DNA of 64,000 nucleotides from Candidatus Zambryskiibacteriota bacterium (GTDB lineage Bacteria; Patescibacteriota; Minisyncoccia; Phycocordibacterales; WO2-35-19): NCBI GenBank assembly GCA_048499675.1, contig JASNZL010000009.1, positions 303 to 64,302 of the forward strand, read 5' to 3'. Shown piece by piece: positions 1 to 8,776 of this stretch (position 1 is its first letter; each line of letters starts with the position of its first letter). The notes under the pieces were generated by a model. It saw only the letters and a program-made list of their open reading frames with translations, ran no database searches and was not told where the DNA came from. The position numbers and the translations under genes were made by a program.

Positions 1-477
1 AAAAGACGTATATCTTCCTATATTGAAATATGGAGTAAAAATGAAAACAAAATACTTACTGAAATATCTAAGTCACTGAATTTGAGTTTCAATAGAGATG
101 TTATAGACGTTTATATTGTAAGCGGTATATCCAGAGCAACAAGTAATCCAATTATTATAAAAAGTGGTTTTACACCAAAAGAATTTTTAATCACCCTAAC
201 GCACGAGTTAATTCACAGAATTCAAGCATTAAACGAGCCTCAAATAACAATGAAAATTTTATCTGTCTTTGATATGTATTGTAAAGAAGAAACTCAGAGC
301 GTTAAAAATCACGTGGTTGTATATGCGACCTTAATTAATTTATTTGAAAACGACAACGAAATGCTCGGAATTATAAAAAATAGCACGAAAAACAACTCAG
401 AGTATATTAGAGCATACGAATTAGCAAAACCATATAAAGAAATTTTGGAATTTTATAGAAAGGCCCCCTGCGAGTAG
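1..477 (+). CDS. hypothetical protein with HExxH motif (LTHELIHR), probably 5'-truncated by the window start. The ORF track calls a TTG start at 82, but the frame is open back to position 1.
   Basis: Frame is open from nt 1. The HELIH motif suggests a small metallopeptidase-like fold. A bidirectional hairpin terminator lies at 466-490. Confidence 0.35.
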   Translation, partial: KRRISSYIEIWSKNENKILTEISKSLNLSFNRDVIDVYIVSGISRATSNPIIIKSGFTPKEFLITLTHELIHRIQALNEPQITMKILSVFDMYCKEETQSVKNHVVVYATLINLFENDNEMLGIIKNSTKNNSEYIRAYELAKPYKEILEFYRKAPCE

Positions 478-490
478 CAGAGGGCCTTCG
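466..490. terminator. bidirectional rho-independent terminator hairpin (ggccccctg-N7-cagagggcc)
   Basis: 9-bp GC stem flanked by T-rich runs on both strands. It lies between the stop of ORF 82..477 (+) and the stop of small ORF 584..498 (-). Confidence 0.55.
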
Positions 491-497
491 GGTTGTG

Positions 498-584
498 TTA
501 CTCGGGAACTGCACCGGAATCCGCATTCGAATCCGCGGAGTAGTCGTCCGATACTGGCGTGTCGGGCTGGTCGTCTTCGTACAT
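498..584 (-). CDS. small acidic peptide (28 aa, MYEDDQPDTPVSDDYSADSNADSGAVPE). Not in the ORF track because it is below the size threshold.
   Basis: ATG sits 8 nt downstream of a GGAGA RBS inside a conserved 62-nt leader. GC-rich coding (~58%). Followed by the terminator hairpin. Confidence 0.4.
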   Translation of the reverse strand: MYEDDQPDTPVSDDYSADSNADSGAVPE

Positions 585-655
585 AATCCAATCTCCTTTC
601 CTCAAGGTAAGCGATTTCTCGCTCCCCTATCCAAAGTACAGGCGAACCTGTCTAA
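585..655 (-). promoter_or_regulatory. conserved promoter plus 5' leader (copy 1) shared with 1593-1665. TATA(A/T)AT -10 box, then AGACRGGTTCGCCTGTACTTTGGATAGGGGAGCGAGAAATCGCTTACCTTGAGGRAAGGAGATT.
   Basis: ~62 nt, about 95% identical to the second copy. Contains an AGCGA-GAAA-UCGCU GNRA-tetraloop hairpin and an AAGGAG RBS. Confidence 0.55.
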
Positions 656-743
656 TTTATATTATTAACATATATTAAATAAAGTCAATATTGACCAAGC
701 ATCTACTGTGTTATAAATAAAGATTATTTCCTATTGTATTTTC

Positions 744-1364
744 TTGATTCAGTTAATACCTTATATTATTGTTAAGAATATGCCCATAAACTTTTTGACT
801 GTCTTATTAATCTTGATAACCGTTTTTAGTTTTATTTTTTTGTTAACCCTACTTTTCTTTTATTTATCAGGATTTATTTCTTTACTCTTTGGTGCGCCAT
901 ATATACCACTCTCAAGAAAACCTATTAAAAAAATTTTGTCATTTGGGGGCCTATCTTCAAATGATGTTTTCTTTGACTTGGGGTGTGGTGATGGTCGGAT
1001 CTTAATACCTAGCCTCCTTAATTTTAATGTCTCGAGAGCCGTTGGTTATGAAATAGCTCCATGGCCATATCTCAAAAGTCTGTTTTTAATTAAATATAAA
1101 CAAATAGAAAGAATAGAACTATTTAGAAAAAATTTTTTGGAGGAAGATTTTAGAGAAGCTACATTTATTTATCTTTATCTATTTCCAAAATTAGTAAACA
1201 AAATTGCTTATAAAATTGCATCAGGAAAGATGTATAATACCAAAATTTTATGTGTTGAATTTCCGATAGACTTAAATAAACACAATGAATTTAAACTTTT
1301 AAAATCTGGCAAAATAGATGGTCTTATGGTGTATTTGTATGTACTAAAACCCCGCAATTCATAA
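744..1364 (+). CDS. membrane-anchored class I SAM-dependent methyltransferase-like protein
   Basis: N-terminal TM helix. Motif I FDLGCGDGRI (GxGxG SAM-binding). AT-rich composition. Confidence 0.45.
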   Translation: MIQLIPYIIVKNMPINFLTVLLILITVFSFIFLLTLLFFYLSGFISLLFGAPYIPLSRKPIKKILSFGGLSSNDVFFDLGCGDGRILIPSLLNFNVSRAVGYEIAPWPYLKSLFLIKYKQIERIELFRKNFLEEDFREATFIYLYLFPKLVNKIAYKIASGKMYNTKILCVEFPIDLNKHNEFKLLKSGKIDGLMVYLYVLKPRNS

Positions 1365-1381
1365 AAACGAATTGCGGGGTT
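1351..1381. terminator. bidirectional terminator hairpin (ccccgcaattc-N8-gaattgcgggg)
   Basis: Perfect 11-bp stem with T-runs on both sides. Serves the 744..1364 (+) and 1398..1592 (-) genes. Confidence 0.6.
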
Positions 1382-1397
1382 TGTTCTTGTCCAGCTT

Positions 1398-1592
1398 TCA
1401 GTCTTCCCACTGACCCTTGGCGATTGCATCGCCAACAGTCTGACCGGAATCCACTCGAATTTGTCGCTCTTCGCCAGTCTCAGTGTTCACAACCTTATGA
1501 GAATTGGTATCCTCACCAGGCAGAATTGCATTGAGAAGATCGTGCGACATATTGCAACAAACTCCTTTGTCTTCCCACTTTTCAGCCATAAT
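1398..1592 (-). CDS. small acidic protein (64 aa, MAEKWEDKGVCCNMSHDLL...GQWED). The likely start is the ATG at 1592, not the 1610 start in the ORF track.
   Basis: Preceded by the same conserved leader/RBS (GGAGATTCTATTATG). GC-rich relative to background. Terminator lies downstream. Confidence 0.45.
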   Translation of the reverse strand: MMAEKWEDKGVCCNMSHDLLNAILPGEDTNSHKVVNTETGEERQIRVDSGQTVGDAIAKGQWED

Positions 1593-1665
1593 AGAATCTC
1601 CTTCCCTCAAGGTAAGCGATTTCTCGCTCCCCTATCCAAAGTACAGGCGAACCCGTCTGAATATA
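1593..1665 (-). promoter_or_regulatory. conserved promoter plus 5' leader (copy 2)
   Basis: See 585-655. The motif is identical, including the GNRA hairpin and RBS. Confidence 0.55.
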
Positions 1666-1823
1666 ATAGTATAATTACCTGTATTTTTGTTAAGTTAACA
1701 AGTTTATTTAAAGTTTTTTAATCTCTACAAGATTAAAGATTAAATTTTATATAATTAAAGTATAATAAAGAAAAATCCGCGTGCCTCGGAGAGAGGAACG
1801 CGGATTTTGGAAGGAACTTGTGC

Positions 1824-2990
1824 TCACTTTTCAGGGTGAGCGATTGTCGAGGTGATTGAATCACCTGTTGCGCGAAGGCCCAAGACGGCGATTTTGCAGC
1901 CGGCCTCAGAACCTTCGAAAGTGAGCATTCCTCGGAATGGCAGTTCCTCGGAAACTCTAGTTTGAGCGATGACACCGGTCTTGATGTCACCTCCAAACAG
2001 AGAAGAGACGAGGTTGGCGTACACTCCGCCGGACCAAAGAAGATCTGGTACTTGAGGCAGAATGTTGCCTGCCTCCAACTCCTTGGGCAGATTGTGAGCC
2101 CAGAGCTCTTCCCCACTCCAGCCGTGTGCAGACACACGGACAGTCTGAGGTTTGTCGCAGAGGTTTAGCACTGCGAAGCTCGAGTTGTTGGGAGGCAAGG
2201 TCTGACCCTTAACCTCAACCGGCGTCTCAACCACTGGAACGCTCCAGCGGTTGGTAGCATCAGCCCACCAAGTGATGGGTACAGCCACTTGCCATGGCAT
2301 AGTCCCATTCTTGGTAGTGTATAAGAAGGTCAGTTGCGTCGTGAACGCATCCAACACTTCTTCTGAGGTGCCTTTGAGGATAACCATGACGGAACCAGTG
2401 ACGATTCCGTCCTTTTGGTAGCAGGACACCCCGGTTGAGGTGATACCACACTCGGCGTCACCAACTACAGTATAGGTAGTGTTGCGCCCAGGAGGGTGGC
2501 CGGTCGTTAAACCACTAACCACGGTCTGAAGTGCTGGATTCCCACCCATCACAGACTTCATCTTCCCATCCATTCCTCTGGTAGACATATCGAAGTTGAC
2601 TGCACCCTCAACTAGTGAGTGAAGGTTGCCAATTATTTCAGTTCGCCATTTGCCGTATTGGTCCTCGCCGGCGGCGAACCACGGGAAGTACCCAATGCGT
2701 TCGCATGAGTATCCCCAACCTGGGTCATGACGAAGATAGTACTTGCCACAATCTACAGGAGTGGGGCTAAAGACGTTAACAGCCTGCCGCACCGCTCCCA
2801 CAGAGCGAGTGAAAATATGAGGAGTTGGGACTTTGTAGGTCCTTCCCTCAACCTCAATGGTGAACTCGGGGACATCTTCGTTGATGTCGCTGTTGAGCTG
2901 ATATGGAGCGATCACGACTGGCGTGACCTCTTGCGCCTTGGAGAAACTCCCTAGCGCTAAAAAAATGACAACGAGCATAGAAACCCGCAT
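1824..2990 (-). CDS. secreted protein of unknown function (388 aa), tandem paralog A. GC-rich, likely horizontally acquired.
   Basis: Signal peptide MRVSMLVVIFLALGSFSKAQE. ~50% GC against a ~33% background. ~85% amino-acid identity to 3181..4356. Hairpin terminator at 1769-1808. Confidence 0.6.
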   Translation of the reverse strand: MRVSMLVVIFLALGSFSKAQEVTPVVIAPYQLNSDINEDVPEFTIEVEGRTYKVPTPHIFTRSVGAVRQAVNVFSPTPVDCGKYYLRHDPGWGYSCERIGYFPWFAAGEDQYGKWRTEIIGNLHSLVEGAVNFDMSTRGMDGKMKSVMGGNPALQTVVSGLTTGHPPGRNTTYTVVGDAECGITSTGVSCYQKDGIVTGSVMVILKGTSEEVLDAFTTQLTFLYTTKNGTMPWQVAVPITWWADATNRWSVPVVETPVEVKGQTLPPNNSSFAVLNLCDKPQTVRVSAHGWSGEELWAHNLPKELEAGNILPQVPDLLWSGGVYANLVSSLFGGDIKTGVIAQTRVSEELPFRGMLTFEGSEAGCKIAVLGLRATGDSITSTIAHPEK

Positions 2991-3180
2991 GGAGTTCCTC
3001 CTTCCTAAATCTAATTATACTATATACCTAAATATTGGCTGTTGTCAAGGGTTGCGTAATAGCTAAATACTTAGGATAGCTCTAAATATAGAGCTAATTA
3101 AAAAATGTAAATTTAAAATACCAAAAGAAAAACCCGCGCAGGCCCTTGGGGCGTGCGCGGATTTTGGAAGGAACTCGTGC

Positions 3181-4356
3181 TCACTTTTCAGGGTGAGCGA
3201 TAGTTGAGGTGATTGAATCACCAGTGGCGCGTAGACCGAGAACGGCGATTTTACAGCCGGCCTCGGAGCCTGTGAAGGTGAGGATACCCCGGAATGGCAG
3301 TTCCTCGGAAACTCTAGTTTGAGCGATGACACCGGTCTTGATGTCTTCACCAAACAATGAGGATACGAGATTGGCATACACTCCTCCGGACCAAAGAATG
3401 TCCGGAAGCTGAGGCATAATCTCCCCCGCCTCCAACTCCTTGGGTAGGTTGTGAGCCCACAGCTCTTCCCCACTCCAGCCGTGTGCAGACACACGAATGT
3501 TTTGAGGTTTGTCGCAGAGGTTCACCACTGCGAAACTGGAGTTGTTGGGAGGCAAGGTCTGACCCTTCACCTCAACTGGCGTCTCAACCACTGGAATGAT
3601 CCAGCGATTGGTGGCGTCAGCCAACCAATTGACGGGCACTGCCACTTGCCATGGTATAGTTCCGTTCTTGGTGGTGTAGAGAAAGGTCAGTTGCGTCGTG
3701 AACGCATCCAACACTTCCTCTGATGTACCACTTAGGATGACCATGACGGAACCGGTGACGACTCCGTCTTTTTGGTAGCAGGAGATACCGGTTGAGGTGA
3801 TACCACACTCGGCGTCACCAACAACTACATAGGTGGTGTTACGCCCTGGTGCGTGACCTGTGGCCGAATTACCACTTATTGTCTGAATTGATGGATTTCC
3901 ACCCATAACAGTCTTTGACTTACCATCCATACCCCGCATGGAGATCTGAAAGTTGACAGCTCCCACAACCTGTGAGGAGAGCGAGCCGACGACTTCAGTT
4001 CGCCATTTGCCGTATTGGTTCTCGCCGGCGGCGAACCACGGGAAGTACCCCACACGCTCACAGGTGAAGCCCCAACCTTCGTGGTAACGAAGGTGGTACT
4101 TGCCACAATCTACAGGAGTGGGGCTAAAGACGTTAACAGCCTGCCGCACCGCTCCAACGGAGCGAGTGAAGGTGCTTGGGATTTGGACTTTGTAGGTCCT
4201 TCCCTCGACCTCAACGGTGAACTCAGGAACATCTTCGTTGAGGATGTCGCCAACCAGTTGATATGGAGCGGTCACGATCGGAGTCGTGACCTCTTGCGCC
4301 TTGGAGAAACTCCCAAGCGCTAAAACAATAATGACAACGAGCATAGAAACCCGCAT
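3181..4356 (-). CDS. secreted protein of unknown function (391 aa), tandem paralog B
   Basis: Same architecture as 1824..2990. The duplicated unit includes the upstream UTR and the downstream terminator (3128-3172). Confidence 0.6.
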   Translation of the reverse strand: MRVSMLVVIIVLALGSFSKAQEVTTPIVTAPYQLVGDILNEDVPEFTVEVEGRTYKVQIPSTFTRSVGAVRQAVNVFSPTPVDCGKYHLRYHEGWGFTCERVGYFPWFAAGENQYGKWRTEVVGSLSSQVVGAVNFQISMRGMDGKSKTVMGGNPSIQTISGNSATGHAPGRNTTYVVVGDAECGITSTGISCYQKDGVVTGSVMVILSGTSEEVLDAFTTQLTFLYTTKNGTIPWQVAVPVNWLADATNRWIIPVVETPVEVKGQTLPPNNSSFAVVNLCDKPQNIRVSAHGWSGEELWAHNLPKELEAGEIMPQLPDILWSGGVYANLVSSLFGEDIKTGVIAQTRVSEELPFRGILTFTGSEAGCKIAVLGLRATGDSITSTIAHPEK

Positions 4357-4427
4357 GGAGTTCCTCCTTCCTAAATCTGTTCATACTATATAGTTAAATA
4401 TATGAGTTTGTCAAAGCCAATAGTGGA

Positions 4428-5378
4428 CTATTTGCAGATAGTAACCACCTCACAAAAGGTTTGAACATTCGTTGCAGATCCCGCTTTTAGTGGCTCACAT
4501 TTAATATTATTCACACAACTTCCCGTATCACCAGTATTATCGTAATTAAATGGAACATCCGCATACCCTTGATTTAATTCTGTTGTTGTTAGCGTTCTTG
4601 AGTATGTTGTACTGTTGTTTGCCGACCATCTTGCATCTAGATTTGCTGCATTTGCAGGTGCACAAGAAGCAACCGATTGAAGAGTGTCAGCCGTGAGTGT
4701 ATATGTCGTCCCAGCACTACCATTAGTGCTTCCAGAAGCAGAAACAGAACCTATATTTGGAGTTATGCTTCTATTTGAACAATTAGCTGTCACCCAAGAT
4801 AGTGTAGCACTCGAGTTGCAGGTGAAAGATGATATTGTGCAACTTTGTTGTGTTGTTTTTGTGAACCAAATAGTGTGATAAAGGGGACCGGCAGTTACAC
4901 CTGATATGATTGGATTACTTTGACCACCTGTGGCAAAATCAATTCTATAATCTCCATTTGGTAGGGAGGATATGTCTGCGTCAACTGAAAAATCGTGAAT
5001 ATATGCCATAAAATCGTCTTGAGTAGCACAACTAGTACCGTTTTGAGTTATGCCAGCAAAAGCATTTCCCTCTAAAAATTTTGTACCCGATGTATTGTAT
5101 ATCTCATACATCAAACCACCAAAAGTTAAGGCTATATTCCCTCCTGATTGAGGAGGACAAGCGTTCGAGTCAAAGACAATAGAACCATATATTTGACCAC
5201 TCACACTCAAAGTGCTAGATGTTTGGCTTGTTGTAATATTTTGCCATGTTCCTGCCATGTTGTAGTTGGCTGATTGAGCTTCGGCCACATCTGTTATTTT
5301 AGTAATAGAAAATACAACCAATACAACCAACATTACAATAGTCACATATGATATTTTTTTCAAAAATTCTTTTTTCAT
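4428..5378 (-). CDS. secreted Ser/Thr/Cys-rich protein, unknown function
   Basis: N-terminal signal/TM segment. 316 aa, low complexity, many Cys. Start abuts the stop of the upstream gene. Confidence 0.4.
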   Translation of the reverse strand: MKKEFLKKISYVTIVMLVVLVVFSITKITDVAEAQSANYNMAGTWQNITTSQTSSTLSVSGQIYGSIVFDSNACPPQSGGNIALTFGGLMYEIYNTSGTKFLEGNAFAGITQNGTSCATQDDFMAYIHDFSVDADISSLPNGDYRIDFATGGQSNPIISGVTAGPLYHTIWFTKTTQQSCTISSFTCNSSATLSWVTANCSNRSITPNIGSVSASGSTNGSAGTTYTLTADTLQSVASCAPANAANLDARWSANNSTTYSRTLTTTELNQGYADVPFNYDNTGDTGSCVNNIKCEPLKAGSATNVQTFCEVVTICK

Positions 5379-5897
5379 TTATATTCTAGTTATGTAAGTA
5401 ATGTTTAACACAAAATTGTCTCCGTTTGGGAATATACTTACCGCCATAATACCCCCAGCTCTTGAGAAAACTAGATTCATTATCTTCCCATCATTGTTCT
5501 CACTCATAAGTTGCCACTGATTCACCTCATTGGTCAATGTTTCTTTATATTTATTAAACAATTCTTCCGGATTTTCGTTTGAAACTAAAAACTCTAAGAC
5601 TTTGTGATTCTCTTGACTATTAACCATAGTATCCTCTCCTCTCAAGTATTCTACTTCGCCAGTCATAAGGAACACATCAACCGGAAAGCCAACTGGGACC
5701 TGCCATTTTTCCATTATGGTATATATATAGTCTGGCGATAATTCCTCTTGTACTTGTTTATTTACAAAGAAAAACCAAAAAACCAAAATGAGTGCAATCA
5801 AAATAGCCAGAGTGATTATAAGTTTTGCGCGATTGTTGCCATTTTTATTATTTTCTTGATTACCAAAATTTTGGTTTTGTGCTTCATACTCATTCAT
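5379..5897 (-). CDS. membrane-anchored protein with N-terminal Asn/Gln-rich segment, unknown function
   Basis: NQ-rich N-terminus followed by a TM helix (LIITLAILIALILVFWFFFV). Confidence 0.35.
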   Translation of the reverse strand: MNEYEAQNQNFGNQENNKNGNNRAKLIITLAILIALILVFWFFFVNKQVQEELSPDYIYTIMEKWQVPVGFPVDVFLMTGEVEYLRGEDTMVNSQENHKVLEFLVSNENPEELFNKYKETLTNEVNQWQLMSENNDGKIMNLVFSRAGGIMAVSIFPNGDNFVLNITYITRI

Positions 5898-5906
5898 AAT
5901 ATTAAA

Positions 5907-6371
5907 TTATTGACTATTAAATGTAGCTTCTACTTGTATGGAATTAAAGGCATCTTTGAGCTCTCTAAAACCCATGCTAATTTTTGTGTTACCCAAACTT
6001 CCAGATAATTGACCCAAACCATCTCCAAAATCTATATAAACAACTTCAAATCCTTTTTCTTTTAAATAACTCTCATAGCGAGTTTTAATAACATCTCTAC
6101 TTTCAGAACTTGTTTGCCACAGAGCTGTATAGGAAATCGTTCCAACATAAGATCTTTCGAACTCTTGCTCAAAATTTACTCCCTGAGGTAAAGGAAAATC
6201 GTTTGGTACCAAACTTTGTTTGGCTCCAAGATCCAAAGATTCCGAGTACACAGGTAATTCTATGTTATTTCTATCACTTAGGTTAATAAAGATATATATA
6301 AATCCTATAACTAATACAATTAGGATATATAAAATTGGCTTCTTTAAAATATTTTCATTATCTTTGAACAT
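5907..6371 (-). CDS. single-pass membrane protein, unknown function
   Basis: TM helix at residues 12-30. 154 aa. Confidence 0.35.
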   Translation of the reverse strand: MFKDNENILKKPILYILIVLVIGFIYIFINLSDRNNIELPVYSESLDLGAKQSLVPNDFPLPQGVNFEQEFERSYVGTISYTALWQTSSESRDVIKTRYESYLKEKGFEVVYIDFGDGLGQLSGSLGNTKISMGFRELKDAFNSIQVEATFNSQ

Positions 6372-6567
6372 TTTTTTATATTTATTGTAATTATTTTAAT
6401 TTTATCATCTATGCGATTAATAAAATTAAAAAGGTGTGAATAAAAGATATCTACTCCAGAGCATCAAAAATGCTCACCAAACCAACTTTTTGATTTTATA
6501 ACTCTGAATACTTCACTGTTCTTTTTGAAAATATTTTGAAAATATATGCAAAGTTTATAAGTAGATT

Positions 6568-8043
6568 CTAATATTCCAAAATGTCACCCTCATTAAGACC
6601 TTCCAAGACCTCAGCAAAGCTGTCATTTCCTGAAATACCTATTTTTATAAGGGTTTTTTCGGAATTTTTGCCCACTTTTTTATTTACATAAGTATCCCCA
6701 CCTTCTCTTGAAATCGCGTATGTCGGCACTCGTAAAACATTTTCTTTTTTGCTTGTTTCTATTTTTAAATTCGCAGTCATACCATTTTTAATTTTCGGGT
6801 TTGGCTCACCCAAAAGAACTCGTATTTTGAAATTGACAACACCGTCTATAATAAAATCTCCTGGTTCAATCAAAAAAACAAATCCTTCAAATACCTCATT
6901 CGGATAGGCATCAAAATCCACCAAAACTCTGTCACCCTCTGATACTTTGCCAATATTTATCTCCGATATATTTGCTTCTATATATACATCATTTTGGCTT
7001 GTAATTGAGATAATCGAATTCCCCGGAGAAACAATGGTCCCAACTTTTGCATCTTGTTTTGTTATGATTCCATCAAAAGGAGAAATTACTGAAGTTTTGC
7101 TCAAATTTGCCTGTAGTGATTCAAGGGACGCTCTCGCTTGAGCCACTCTTGCTTCTTGTGATAAAACATTTTTATACTGACCATCCGCTCCCAATGTTGG
7201 CGCCAAATTCAATTTATCTTTTGCATTTACAATTTTTGTTTTTGAACCAGACACTTCTGTTCTTGCTAGCGATATTGTGGTTTTGTAATTATTTACCGTA
7301 GTCTCGTATTGGAACTCAGCTGGTGTAAATGTGTTTATTGCACTTGCTACCTTATCAAGAAAACTAGATATTTGATTTAAATCATTTAAGGCCATAAGAG
7401 CATTTGACGATACATTACTGGAATCAAGATCTGTCATTCTAAGATTCCAATCATTCAAAACTTTTTCTACCGATTTTCTATCATTATTTATAGAAGTTTG
7501 CATAGAAGAAGGGATTGGGAAATAATGCACAAAACTTCCATCTTCGAATGTTACTTCAAACATAGGGTTATCTGGAATGTTTTTGAAAAATTGGTCTACC
7601 CTGTTTCTCACTGCATTATCGGCTGAAACAAAAGCTTCTCTTATTACTACTTCTAGATTTCTATATGCATCATTATATGATGCGGGCGCTGTAGTTTTGA
7701 GCTCTTCGAGTTTTATCAACTCCTCGTCTAGAATAGCTCTAGCTCTGCTTATATCAGAATTAACTTCTCCTGAATCAAGTGAGGCGATTACATCTCCCCT
7801 TCTTACACTGTCTCCAACAAAGTAATTCACAGAACCAACCCTCCCAGATTTATCAAACCCTAATTCTACATTTTGATTGGGGAAAACTTTGCCCGTAGCC
7901 ATCACGTATTGGACCACTTCCCCTCTTGCGATTGTATGAGTTTCCAGAGTGTTACCATTTTTAAGACCAAAATACGAAATGACTGCAATTATCAAAATAG
8001 CAGGAATTATTACTGTCTTTTTAAAAATAAATTGTTTGATCAT
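6568..8043 (-). CDS. HlyD/MacA-family membrane-fusion (periplasmic adaptor) protein of an ABC efflux system
   Basis: N-terminal TM anchor. Biotinyl/lipoyl-like motif VGDSVRRGDVIASLD. Long coiled coil. C-terminal beta-barrel motif SPFDGIITKQDAKVGTIVSPG. Adjacent to ABC ATPase and FtsX permease genes. Confidence 0.6.
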   Translation of the reverse strand: MIKQFIFKKTVIIPAILIIAVISYFGLKNGNTLETHTIARGEVVQYVMATGKVFPNQNVELGFDKSGRVGSVNYFVGDSVRRGDVIASLDSGEVNSDISRARAILDEELIKLEELKTTAPASYNDAYRNLEVVIREAFVSADNAVRNRVDQFFKNIPDNPMFEVTFEDGSFVHYFPIPSSMQTSINNDRKSVEKVLNDWNLRMTDLDSSNVSSNALMALNDLNQISSFLDKVASAINTFTPAEFQYETTVNNYKTTISLARTEVSGSKTKIVNAKDKLNLAPTLGADGQYKNVLSQEARVAQARASLESLQANLSKTSVISPFDGIITKQDAKVGTIVSPGNSIISITSQNDVYIEANISEINIGKVSEGDRVLVDFDAYPNEVFEGFVFLIEPGDFIIDGVVNFKIRVLLGEPNPKIKNGMTANLKIETSKKENVLRVPTYAISREGGDTYVNKKVGKNSEKTLIKIGISGNDSFAEVLEGLNEGDILEY

Positions 8044-8077
8044 AGTGTTTATTCAGAATAATTATTTTAACATATTT

Positions 8078-8776
8078 TTATAATTTTATTATTTTTTTAG
8101 GCTCACCGTCTTCCAAAATTTTACCATCTCCAATTTTGATAGCTCTTTTAGTTAAAACTGCATATTCCGGCTCGTGCGTGACCATTATAATAGTCTGTCC
8201 GGTATTATTTAATTCTATAAATGTTTTCATCACCACATCAGCCGTCTCACTATCCAAATTGGCCGTAGGTTCGTCCGCAAATATAATTTTGGGCTCGTGA
8301 GCTATAGCGCGAGCAATCGAAACCCTCTGTTGCTCCCCTCCTGAAAGTTGATTTGGAAGGTTGTCGAGCCTGTGACCCATACCTATCCTGTCTAGTGCAA
8401 TCTTTGCTTTTTCGTAGGCAATTTCATTTGGAAGACCTTGCATAAGAAGAGGTATCACCGTATTCTCAATTGCCGATAATTCTGGGACGAGCGCATAATC
8501 CTGAAAAACATACCCAAGTTCATCTAGTCTAAATTTGGTTCTTTCTTCTTTTTCCAAACTAGTTACTTCCACACCATTGATTATAATCTGTCCAGAATTT
8601 GGATGATCTAGTAATCCCAATTGATACAGTAATGTTGATTTACCCGAGCCAGATCTACCGGTAATAGCAAAAAAGTCTTCCTTTTCTATTATAAAGGACA
8701 TCTGATTTAAAACCACGAGTTCGCTCTCTCCTGTTTTGAACGATTTTGTTAAATTTTTTACACTAATTATATTCAT
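8078..8776 (-). CDS. ABC transporter ATP-binding protein (MacB/LolD-like)
   Basis: Walker A GRSGSGKST, ABC signature LSGGEQQRVSIARA, Walker B IIFADEPTANLD. Confidence 0.85.
   Translation of the reverse strand: MNIISVKNLTKSFKTGESELVVLNQMSFIIEKEDFFAITGRSGSGKSTLLYQLGLLDHPNSGQIIINGVEVTSLEKEERTKFRLDELGYVFQDYALVPELSAIENTVIPLLMQGLPNEIAYEKAKIALDRIGMGHRLDNLPNQLSGGEQQRVSIARAIAHEPKIIFADEPTANLDSETADVVMKTFIELNNTGQTIIMVTHEPEYAVLTKRAIKIGDGKILEDGEPKKIIKL

Noticed and set aside
1733-4323. Antisense or overlapping ORFs in the GC-rich paralogs (1733..2137, 1962..2168, 3063..3494, 3451..3723, 4015..4323)
   Set aside because: They lie in alternative frames of the high-GC genes, where stop codons are rare. They are duplicated only because the host gene is duplicated, and they lack start signals.
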